Below are positions 10,289 through 18,784 of a stretch of 59,117 nt of DNA, piece after piece (within the stretch, counting starts at the first letter, position 1; every line of letters starts with the position of its first letter). Position numbers and translations under genes: made by a program. The stretch comes from a bacterium (GTDB lineage Bacteria > SZUA-182 > DTGQ01): positions 82,664 through 141,780 of the forward strand of contig JBFMGO010000002.1 of assembly GCA_040752695.1 (NCBI GenBank). Direction: 5' to 3'. Below the pieces are notes generated by a model, which did no database searches, was not told the DNA's origin, and was given only the letters and a program-made list of their open reading frames with translations.

Positions 10289-11521
10289 GTGATGAGAAGG
10301 ACCATTTCTCGAATGCGTGGCCATGTCGCCAACTCAGATGTCTCTAATACCACTAACACCACTGATAACGTTTCTAACGTCTCTAACACCTCTATTATCT
10401 CTCCCCTTGCTGTGTTTTGTCTGGTGGTTGTCTCGGCCCTGCTGCTGAGCATTGGCAACTGCCGGGCCGGTAGCGGAGGAGCTCCCTCGCGGATCAAGGA
10501 TCTGGTCCATATCCAGAGTGTTCGCGAAAACCAACTGATCGGCTACGGTCTGGTCGTGGGCTTGAATGGAACCGGGGACAAGGGAGGCACCGCCTTCACA
10601 ATTAATTCGTTGTCCAATATGCTGAGAAAGCTGGGAGTGTCGGTGGACCCCGCTGCTCTCAAGGTAAAAAATGTAGCAGCGGTAATTGTTACTGCCATAC
10701 TTCCTCCCTTTGCCCGCAAAGGAGAAAGGATTGACGTGACAATTTCATCCTTGGGTGATGCCACCAGCCTGCAAGGGGGTACTCTGCTTTTAACACCGGT
10801 CAAAGGCGCGGATAGCCAGGTTTATGCAATAGCTCAAGGGGCCGTGTCGGTAGGAGGATTTGCTGCCGCAGGAGCAGCCGGAGGAGGTGCCCAGAAAAAT
10901 CATCCTACGGTGGCCAGAATTCCTCAAGGAGCTTTGATTGAACGGGAAATTCCCTTTTCCCTTGATGCCCAAAAACCCCTTTTATTGACTCTGGAGAGGG
11001 CGGATTTTATCACCGCTGCCCGGATTGCCCACAGGATTAACCAAACACTGAACATGGAGATTGCTCAGGCACAGGACCCCAGAAGTGTTCATTTAACCAT
11101 CCCTCCTCAATTTCAAAATAACCTGGTGGAACTGGTGGCCACCATTCAAGAGATAGAGGTAGAGCCGGATACCCGAGCCAGGGTGGTGGTCAATGAACGC
11201 ACCGGTACCGTGGTGGTAGGGGAGAATGTCCGGATTTCCGCTGTGGCGATCTCTCATGGAAACCTGAGCATTGAAATCAGAGAAACCCAGCAGGTTTCGC
11301 AGCCTCCGCCCTTCTCGGATGGAAAAACCACGGAAGTCCCTCAAACGGATGTTACCGTAAAAGAGGAAAAAGGGCGATTAATCCCCCTCCCCGCCAACAC
11401 CACCGTGGGAGAATTAGTAAAGGCACTCAATGCAATTGGAGTCACATCCAGGGACCTGATCGCCATTTTGCAATCTATCAGAGTAGCAGGAGCACTCCAT
11501 GCAGAGCTGGAAATCATTTAG
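10289..11521 (+). CDS. flgI: Flagellar P-ring protein FlgI
   Basis: RIKDL..IQSVRENQLIGYGLVVGLNGTGD; SLQGGTLLLTP; AGALHAELEII. Confidence 0.97.
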   Translation: MMRRTISRMRGHVANSDVSNTTNTTDNVSNVSNTSIISPLAVFCLVVVSALLLSIGNCRAGSGGAPSRIKDLVHIQSVRENQLIGYGLVVGLNGTGDKGGTAFTINSLSNMLRKLGVSVDPAALKVKNVAAVIVTAILPPFARKGERIDVTISSLGDATSLQGGTLLLTPVKGADSQVYAIAQGAVSVGGFAAAGAAGGGAQKNHPTVARIPQGALIEREIPFSLDAQKPLLLTLERADFITAARIAHRINQTLNMEIAQAQDPRSVHLTIPPQFQNNLVELVATIQEIEVEPDTRARVVVNERTGTVVVGENVRISAVAISHGNLSIEIRETQQVSQPPPFSDGKTTEVPQTDVTVKEEKGRLIPLPANTTVGELVKALNAIGVTSRDLIAILQSIRVAGALHAELEII

Positions 11522-11524
11522 AAA

Positions 11525-11662
11525 GAGCCAGGAGTCAGAGCCAGGAGTCAGGGGAAGGAGTCGGAATTCAGGAGCCGGAATCCCAGAATCTAATATCCAG
11601 CATCCAGTAACCAATAACCAGCATACAACATACGGTATATAGTATACGGTATACGGTATATA
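11525..11662. repeat. Degenerate heptamer array (gagtcag... cagtaac... cggtata)
   Basis: 7-bp periodic units whose sequence drifts along the flgI-flgJ spacer. Confidence 0.8.
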
Positions 11663-11693
11663 GAAGAACCGGAAATTAAAGGATAAAAGAGCC

Positions 11694-12086
11694 ATGAATC
11701 TCATAGGAAATGAATACAGCTATCTGAAACCTGTGGTGCGGCCTGTGGTAGCAGATGAGAGAGAAATACGGTCACAATCCCCGTCAGTGGCAACACGTTC
11801 CGCTCGTCCTGGCCAATCTGTGAACAGCAGCCAGGTCAGCGCTCAGCGGGTACAGCCGCAAAAGGCCGAGATTGAACAGGTTTGCAATGAATTTGCCTCT
11901 ATTTTCTTCCAGACACTTTTGAAAAGCATGTATTCCACTGTTCCCAAGTCTTCAGCCTGCCCTGAATTGCAGGGGAAAGATCTGATTAATTCCATTGTTG
12001 ACAAGGGAGTAGCCCAATTCATGGCCCGGGAGGGTGCCGGATTAAAGGAATTGCTCCTGGGGAAATTACTGAACGAAAAGAAGTAG
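11694..12086 (+). CDS. flgJ: Short FlgJ (rod-binding domain only, no muramidase)
   Basis: IEQVCNEFASIFFQTLLKSMYSTVPKS resembles the rod-binding motif; position after flgI. Confidence 0.8.
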   Translation: MNLIGNEYSYLKPVVRPVVADEREIRSQSPSVATRSARPGQSVNSSQVSAQRVQPQKAEIEQVCNEFASIFFQTLLKSMYSTVPKSSACPELQGKDLINSIVDKGVAQFMAREGAGLKELLLGKLLNEKK

Positions 12087-12213
12087 AGTTTTGTCATGAG
12101 CAGCACGCCGTGGATTGATCGGATATCCTGGTGGCAAATATTCCGAAAAGTCAGATACAATATAGTGAAGGAGAGAAAGATCCTTCTCTAGTTATAAAGT
12201 ATTGGTCATGGTC

Positions 12214-12654
12214 TTACCGGGTATGAGACCTTACCCATTCAATTAAGTTATTGATATTCAAAGCTCCTGATTGTCGTGCAATATCTTGTCCTCCCTTGAA
12301 GATGATAAGCGTCGGTATGCTTTGAATTCCATACTCCATGGCGATGGTTCGTTCATCATCGGTATTGAGTTTAGCGAGCCGCACGTGAGGTTCCAGTTGG
12401 GCAGCAGCCTGCTCGAAAACTGGTGCCATCATTCTGCACGGACCACACCATGGAGCCCAGAAATCCACGACCAGCGGTATGCTGCTGTGCTCAATATGGG
12501 TTTTAAAATTAGCACTGGTAAGAGTCATCGGATGTGCGGCGAAGAGCATTTGTTTGCATTTGCCGCACTTGGGTTCATCTGTGAGCCTGCTTACAGGAAG
12601 CCGGTTGGTAGTATCACAATGGGGGCAGACGATATGCATAAGTTGTTCATCCAT
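12214..12654 (-). CDS. trxC: Thioredoxin 2 with N-terminal zinc finger
   Basis: CPHC and CGKC zinc motifs; VDFWAPWCGPC active site. Confidence 0.95.
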   Translation of the reverse strand: MDEQLMHIVCPHCDTTNRLPVSRLTDEPKCGKCKQMLFAAHPMTLTSANFKTHIEHSSIPLVVDFWAPWCGPCRMMAPVFEQAAAQLEPHVRLAKLNTDDERTIAMEYGIQSIPTLIIFKGGQDIARQSGALNINNLIEWVRSHTR

Positions 12655-12894
12655 AATTTACCTCCAAAATTGTTTTGTAAAATTATCTTGATAATGATAA
12701 GCCGCTCGTTGGAAATAGTGGCTATGTAGTAATATTTTCTATCTTATCAGCTTTTGGGCTGAAGTTCAAAAATAATCGTGCATATGTAACAATCAATATA
12801 ACAAGGTGGTAGCAAAATGTCACCATAAAAAGCACATATCCATTATGAAGGACAAGAAGAAAAGAAGGAAGAAAGCTGAATTCCAGCCGGTTTT

Positions 12895-14472
12895 TCAGGC
12901 TCTCGGCAGTGAGATAAGGAAATTCGCTCCTTCTTTTTCAACGCTCTCCACTCGAATCTCTCCCTTATGGATTTCGATAATCTGTTTTACGATGGCCAAT
13001 CCTAGCCCTGATCCGTGCTTTTTTTGTCTTTTGGCAGTCATGCCCCGAAAGAGAAAATCAAAGATCATAGGGAGGTCATCTTCCGGTATTCCGGGGCCAT
13101 TATCCCTGACTGACACGTGAATGCGATTGTTCATACACTGGCTGCTGATCCAGACGATACTTTTTGGGGGACTGTATTTCAGGGAATTGTCGACCAGGTT
13201 GGTCAGTGCGCGGACCAGTAATTCTTCATCTCCCTGAATGAACAAAGGTTCGGCCTGGCCCTGGACTTCGATGGAGATTCTCTTTGCTGCGGCCAATTCG
13301 GCCATCAAATCCGTTACTTTCTCAATCACTTCAGAAAGGTTAACTCTTTTCATTTCCCTGTGGAGGCTTTCTGTTACCTGAGAAAAATCAAGGAGGTTTT
13401 TCACCAGTGCCAGTTGCTCCTCGACTCTGGCCTCTACTCGCTGGAGCATTTCTCTTTCTTTTTTTGGATTATCTTTGAGATATCCATCCAGAACAACCCG
13501 CAGGCAGCTTTCGACTGCTGCCAGAGGTGCACGGATATCGTGTGCTACGGCCATCATCATTTCCGATTTTTTCCGGTCACTTTCCTCCAGTTCCTCATTT
13601 GCCGCAGCTAATTGAGAGGTAGCCAGCTTTATTTTGTTTTCGACCTCCTGGGTGGATGCTTTGAGTTTTGAAGTCATAAGATTAAAAGCCCTGGCCAGAT
13701 CTCCGATCTCATCCCCGGTATCGATGCAGATCTGATGATCCAGATTACCATAGGTAATCATGGCAGTCTCTTCGGTCAGTTTCTTGATGGGAAGAATTAC
13801 GAAATGCCGGATCAGAAGGCTTACGGTCACGGAGATCAGGATAAAAGTAAACACGAGGAAGAGCACCATTCGGATTCGGTTGGCCTTCAGGAAAGCACTT
13901 ACCCTGTCGAGAGAAATAGTGATATCCAGAACCCCAAGGATCTTTTTTTCACTCCCATGACAGGGGTAACAAATCTTTTCATTGTAAAGAGGGCTTATGA
14001 TGCCTATGACTTCCCGACCATTCACATTTTTGAATATCCGGTAATTTATCGTGGATGAAGATGCGGGATGTTCACCATTTTTATGGCATTCATTGCAGCC
14101 TTCAGCCTTTTTATCAATAAGCTGGCCGATTTCATGCCTATCCGAGGCAATTTTCACCTTACCAGCCTCTATGATCCTCATTCTGATAATCCCGTCACGA
14201 TCAGTGATGTCAACAAACCTTTGCTGGAGATCCCCTCTTTGGTTCAACAGCATGTTATGCTTAATGCTTCTTTTGATACTATCGCTCAACTGGTATGCCT
14301 CATCCCTGATCAACATAACCAGGTGACGATAATCCTCTTTGATGTGGAGATAAAAAAAACCTGTCAGGGCCAGCATGATTACCAGGCTGATCCCAAGGAT
14401 CATCTTACCTCCCAGGCTCTTTCTAACCTTTTTCATTTTCTGATCCTTTACCGTCTTCTGACCCTTTATCAT
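12895..14472 (-). CDS. Membrane sensor histidine kinase with periplasmic dihaem-c domain and HAMP
   Basis: Two TM segments flank CNECH and CYPCH; HAMP (DEIGDLARAFNLM); H-box AHDIRAPL; N, G1 and G2 boxes intact. Confidence 0.92.
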   Translation of the reverse strand: MIKGQKTVKDQKMKKVRKSLGGKMILGISLVIMLALTGFFYLHIKEDYRHLVMLIRDEAYQLSDSIKRSIKHNMLLNQRGDLQQRFVDITDRDGIIRMRIIEAGKVKIASDRHEIGQLIDKKAEGCNECHKNGEHPASSSTINYRIFKNVNGREVIGIISPLYNEKICYPCHGSEKKILGVLDITISLDRVSAFLKANRIRMVLFLVFTFILISVTVSLLIRHFVILPIKKLTEETAMITYGNLDHQICIDTGDEIGDLARAFNLMTSKLKASTQEVENKIKLATSQLAAANEELEESDRKKSEMMMAVAHDIRAPLAAVESCLRVVLDGYLKDNPKKEREMLQRVEARVEEQLALVKNLLDFSQVTESLHREMKRVNLSEVIEKVTDLMAELAAAKRISIEVQGQAEPLFIQGDEELLVRALTNLVDNSLKYSPPKSIVWISSQCMNNRIHVSVRDNGPGIPEDDLPMIFDFLFRGMTAKRQKKHGSGLGLAIVKQIIEIHKGEIRVESVEKEGANFLISLPRA

Positions 14473-14485
14473 GTCTACTTTTAAT

Positions 14486-14602
14486 CATCGCCTGCCCTTT
14501 ATCGCCATCCGCATCATCCACATCATCCGCATCGTCCGCCATCTGCATCATTTACACCGTCATCTGTATCGCCATCCGCATCATCCGCATCGTCTGCCGC
14601 AC
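14486..14602. repeat. Low-complexity 9-bp repeat (catccgcat-like) between response regulator and kinase
   Basis: Repeated atccgcatc/atcgtccgc units. Confidence 0.8.
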
Positions 14603-14655
14603 AGTCATGTGCACCATCATTTGCTTTTTCTCGTCATCATCCTTTTTCCATTGTC

Positions 14656-15057
14656 TCAATTCCTCAACCACTTATGTACTATTTGGACTAATTGAGAAGG
14701 ATTTACCGGTTTATCTATCAGTTCATCTGCCGGCAGATAGTCGCCGTCCGTATCAGGGGAGAACCGGAATTTGCTCGATTGATGAATGGCTGTGACCATG
14801 ATGATCGGTATTTTGCCGATATTGGGGTAACTCCTGATCTTATGGCATACATAAAAACCTTCATCCCTTCGTTCCATGGAGATGTCGAGGATGATCAAAT
14901 CGGGAAGAATTTCCAGGAATCTGAAAATGCCTTGCTGTCCACTATAAGCAGTGGAGACCTTATATGAGTTTGCTTCCAGAACAATTTTATTGGCCTCAAC
15001 CCAGTCCATGTCATCGTCGATGATCAGGATACTTTTAGGATCTTCCACCTTAATCAT
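14656..15057 (-). CDS. Single-domain response regulator (receiver)
   Basis: ILIIDDD, PDLIILDISM, IPIIMVTA, IDKPV; start chosen at MIKVEDPK after an aagga RBS. Confidence 0.92.
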   Translation of the reverse strand: MIKVEDPKSILIIDDDMDWVEANKIVLEANSYKVSTAYSGQQGIFRFLEILPDLIILDISMERRDEGFYVCHKIRSYPNIGKIPIIMVTAIHQSSKFRFSPDTDGDYLPADELIDKPVNPSQLVQIVHKWLRN

Positions 15058-15152
15058 TTTTCGTTCCTTCCTGGCGTTGTTATCATTCGGAAAACCAAGA
15101 AACATCATCACCATTACCTGGCAGTTTAGCACATTTTCTTTTTCCTGCCAGA

Positions 15153-15989
15153 TTAAAATTCATTCGGAAACTCACTAATCTGAGCATAGGTGAAAACAGG
15201 TCCTTCCTGGCAAACGTAATGGTTTCCGATAGTGCACCGGCCGCATTTCCCCAGACCACACCGTATCCTCGATTCGAGGGTGGTTATGACCTGCTCAGGA
15301 GAGAAACCCACGCTGATCAATCCTTCAATGACGAATTTAACCATGACCGGCGGGCCGCAGGTAATAGCCACGGATTTTTCAGGTGACAGGTCGATTCCTC
15401 TCATGATCACAGGCACAAAACCGACTTGTCCATCCCATCCGGGCTCTTCGCCTCCTGGCTCCACTGTCCTGATAAGGTTGACATCCTCCCTTTGTGCCCA
15501 TTCTTTGAGCTCCCGTTTATAGATCAGATCAACTATACGTGCGGCCCCGTAGAGAATGGTAATCCGGCCAAAATGATTCCGAAAAGCCAGACAATTCCCG
15601 ATTAAGGATCTGAGTGGAATAAGGCCGGTTCCACTGCCGATCAGGATGAGATTTTTCCCGCCCAATTCTTCAAGAGGGAACCAGTTCCCATAAGGGCCGC
15701 GAAATCCTATCTGGTCTCCGATTTCCAGCTTATGAAAGGCTTCGGCAACCTTATTCGCCCTTTTTACGCTGCATTCGAGATACCCTTTGCAGGTGGGGGA
15801 GGAAGCAAGGTAACAGGTGGATTCCCCCTCCCCAAAAATGGAATACTTGCCAAACTGTCCTGGCTTGAAAGAGAAGCTGTGTCTTAATGCGCGGTTCTGA
15901 AAGGTGATCCGGAAGGTTTTTACATCCGGGGTTTCCACAACGATATCTTCAATAGTCATAATATGCGGCTGATAAATACTTTCCATCAT
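15153..15989 (-). CDS. FlxA/AsrB-like FAD/NAD(P)H oxidoreductase with [2Fe-2S]
   Basis: FKPGQF, RGPYGNWF, CGPPVM, CGLGKCGRC...VCQEGPVF. Confidence 0.9.
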   Translation of the reverse strand: MMESIYQPHIMTIEDIVVETPDVKTFRITFQNRALRHSFSFKPGQFGKYSIFGEGESTCYLASSPTCKGYLECSVKRANKVAEAFHKLEIGDQIGFRGPYGNWFPLEELGGKNLILIGSGTGLIPLRSLIGNCLAFRNHFGRITILYGAARIVDLIYKRELKEWAQREDVNLIRTVEPGGEEPGWDGQVGFVPVIMRGIDLSPEKSVAITCGPPVMVKFVIEGLISVGFSPEQVITTLESRIRCGLGKCGRCTIGNHYVCQEGPVFTYAQISEFPNEF

Positions 15990-17077
15990 TAAACCATCCT
16001 GCAAGATTGATAAAACAGGTCGTGAATTTCACCTAAGACCTCAACCAGGTCAATTCCCACCGGGCAGAGACTGCGGCAGCGGCCGCACCCCACACATGCC
16101 AATTGATGGAAACGGTCAACGAAGAATTTGAATTTATGCATAATTCTCTGGCGAAACCTCTGTTCCTGAGCAGGCCGGGATTGCCGCCCCAACTCCGAGA
16201 TAAGCTGTGGTGTGAAATGGCCGAAGGAGCACGAATCCCAGATTCTCCTCCTTAATCCATAGTAGCCCTGGTAGCTGCCGCTGTCCTGATATGCCATAGG
16301 CTCATCGGTGAGATCGAAACAATAGCAGGTGGGGCAAAGAAACGTACAGGCACCACAGCCGATACATCGCCTTGCCAGGTTTGCCCAGAAAGGATTTTCA
16401 AAATGGGTATCCAGCCACTCTTTGACGACTCTGATATCGAACATCATCTTCTCTTTCAGGTAAAAAGCCATCTCTTTGGTCTGGATAGGAATATACCCGG
16501 ACAAGATTCCGGGTTCTTGAAAGAAATGTGAAAAATACGTATAAAAATCTTCTCCCTTCGGGCTCACCATCTGTGCCAGAAACCGATCCTCTCCTATGTC
16601 AGTCAGCATGATGTCCATGTTCCGGCTATCAGCGGGATTGATCCCTACAGAGGTGCAAAAGCAATCCCTGCCCGGTTTCCAGCAAGACTGGCCGATCACC
16701 ATCGTATTATCACGAAGAGCGGTATAGAGAACATCTATTCCTTTTTCGCTGAAAACCCGGTCCAGGATGGACAAAGCCGCTGCATCACAGGGCCGGACCC
16801 CCACTATGATTTTCTGATCGTGACGGTTTAATGGCGGGGTCAGGTGAATCTTCTTTCCGTGCTGCTGAAACCGGAAGAGTTCATCAGAGGGAGGAAGGAA
16901 AAACTCCTTGGGAGGCCTGGTCGTATTATGATCCAGCCATTCGATTTCCTCAGAAGCAGCCATTCGTTTGAAAAAAGAAACATCTCCATTATGAACAGGG
17001 GCCAGGACATGAAATGCCCCCAAAAGATTGGGAATGAGTGTTTTAAAGCTGCTGCGGGTAATAAATTTCACGGTCAT
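15989..17077 (-). CDS. FlxB/AsrA-like 4Fe-4S dicluster protein
   Basis: GVRPCD, CFCTSVG, CIGCGACTFLCPTCYCF, WDSC, CVGCGRC...CP. Confidence 0.9.
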   Translation of the reverse strand: MTVKFITRSSFKTLIPNLLGAFHVLAPVHNGDVSFFKRMAASEEIEWLDHNTTRPPKEFFLPPSDELFRFQQHGKKIHLTPPLNRHDQKIIVGVRPCDAAALSILDRVFSEKGIDVLYTALRDNTMVIGQSCWKPGRDCFCTSVGINPADSRNMDIMLTDIGEDRFLAQMVSPKGEDFYTYFSHFFQEPGILSGYIPIQTKEMAFYLKEKMMFDIRVVKEWLDTHFENPFWANLARRCIGCGACTFLCPTCYCFDLTDEPMAYQDSGSYQGYYGLRRRIWDSCSFGHFTPQLISELGRQSRPAQEQRFRQRIMHKFKFFVDRFHQLACVGCGRCRSLCPVGIDLVEVLGEIHDLFYQSCRMV

Positions 17078-17272
17078 CTCTCAACACCCTTACTCAGATT
17101 CACTTAAATGAAAATAATGGGTTATTCTCCCCTGGTAAGCTTTCAGATAATGAATGTATCCCGAAAATAAACATATCCCAAAATAGAATTCCATGGTAAA
17201 AACCCCCCTCATCCCCCTTTATCAAAGGGTGGTATTTGAGAAAGAGGGAATGGAGCATTCTGTGATATATAC

Positions 17273-18283
17273 TCATGGACTATCTCCCAGGTCAGGCCCA
17301 TGCTTGGCCTGAAAAATGCCTCTCACTCCCTGGGCTACCTTCCGGTTTAAGAGGCTCAAGGGAAGTCCCATGGGACAGACTCTTTCACATTCTCCGCAGT
17401 CGATACATCTGGCTGCAAGGTGAAAGGCCCTTATCATATGGAAAGAGAAATTCCCCGCTAAAGAGCCTTTTTCAATCCATTGTGGAGTGCTCTTGTCCAC
17501 AATACACCTTTCACAGTAGCATAAGGGGCAGATATTCCGGCAGGCATAGCATCGAATGCACCGGCTGAATTGTTCCTTCCAGAAATGCCACCTTTCGAAA
17601 CTGCTCATCATATCTATCATGCGTATCCGGCCTTCGGGATCCAGCCGGTCCATATGCTCCGGCTGGTCCGGATGACTTATCTGACCCGGATGCCCCGGCT
17701 GGTTCTGATCCAGGGAACCCGGAGGAATCATCTGATCCAGTGGATGATCCGGCTGCTCCTGGTGCCCTGGTCGGTTCTGGTGCTCCTGTTGGTCCTCGTG
17801 CCCTGGCTGGACCAGGGAATCCGGTTGAATCTGGTGGTCAGATTGAATCTGGTAGGACGAGGGGATCAAAATATCATAGACATGAGGTACATGGAACTGA
17901 CAGGTATAGCATTTTTTTGCATATCCTTGAGAATTGCTTCCGACTACTCCCTGGCAGGTCAGTCCGATGATGACCAGGTTATCTCTTTTAATCTGATGTT
18001 CCTGAATAAGAACACAGATCGCTTTGATATCACATCCCTTGGCCATCAGGGCTACCCTGTTGTGGGCCTTGACCTCTTTCCTGATGAGGTAGGTGGAGAG
18101 GTTATAAACACAGTGATCGTTCCAGGTGAGTAATTTCGCCTCATCGGATTTGGCGATGAATACCGGTGAGATAACCTTCGATTCATCACTGGTCCTTCGA
18201 ATGCGTTCTCCATAGCCGATAATCAAGCTCACTTCACGCCGGTCAAGCAGTTCTTTTGCTTTCTCTTGCAGGAGTATGCTCAT
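17273..18283 (-). CDS. FlxC/FdhB-like 4Fe-4S protein with a His/Gln/Pro-rich repeat insertion
   Basis: KGCD, CIRCYACRNICPLCYCERC, CIDCGECERVCP. Confidence 0.88.
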   Translation of the reverse strand: MSILLQEKAKELLDRREVSLIIGYGERIRRTSDESKVISPVFIAKSDEAKLLTWNDHCVYNLSTYLIRKEVKAHNRVALMAKGCDIKAICVLIQEHQIKRDNLVIIGLTCQGVVGSNSQGYAKKCYTCQFHVPHVYDILIPSSYQIQSDHQIQPDSLVQPGHEDQQEHQNRPGHQEQPDHPLDQMIPPGSLDQNQPGHPGQISHPDQPEHMDRLDPEGRIRMIDMMSSFERWHFWKEQFSRCIRCYACRNICPLCYCERCIVDKSTPQWIEKGSLAGNFSFHMIRAFHLAARCIDCGECERVCPMGLPLSLLNRKVAQGVRGIFQAKHGPDLGDSP

Positions 18284-18756
18284 GATCTTTTATCCTTTCG
18301 TGAATAAAGATCAGGAAAGGGGCCTGCCTCGGTTACCTGACTCACTACGTTATCCAGGAGTTTTGGCCACTGAGTCCCTTCAGATGAGGAGGCCCATGAG
18401 AAGTGAAGTCTTCTGGCGTCAATGCCGCAAAATTCCAATAATGTCCGGAAGATTGCCAACTTCCCTTGAGCATGATGATTTCCCGGGGAATAGCGGCAAC
18501 TGCCTGGATAACAGCCAGCGACCAGAATGCCATCCGCTCCTTTCTCGAAACACTTGAGAAGGAACAAAGGGTCCACCCTGCCGGAGCAGGGAACGCGAAT
18601 GATTTCAACATGGCTGACATGGAGCAGGCGGCTTTTATCTGTCAGATCAGTGCCGGTAAATAAGCGCCAGTTGCAGAGAAAGGCAACTACTTTCGGCTGC
18701 CAGTCTGTCTTGTGTTCTGTTTCGTTTTTGACCATAGCGTGGCTGTGGATAGTCAT
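18280..18756 (-). CDS. MvhD/FlxD-like [2Fe-2S] subunit
   Basis: VVAFLCNW, IRVPCSGRVDP, GADGILVAGCYPGSCRY, WASSSEG. Confidence 0.9.
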   Translation of the reverse strand: MTIHSHAMVKNETEHKTDWQPKVVAFLCNWRLFTGTDLTDKSRLLHVSHVEIIRVPCSGRVDPLFLLKCFEKGADGILVAGCYPGSCRYSPGNHHAQGKLAIFRTLLEFCGIDARRLHFSWASSSEGTQWPKLLDNVVSQVTEAGPFPDLYSRKDKRS

Positions 18757-18784
18757 ACTTCTTGCCTCCTATCTCGAACGTGCG

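Noticed and set aside
14471..14695. His-rich 74-aa ORF as a metal-binding peptide
   Set aside because: It is an antisense by-product of the 9-bp catccgcat repeat within a minus-strand gene cluster.
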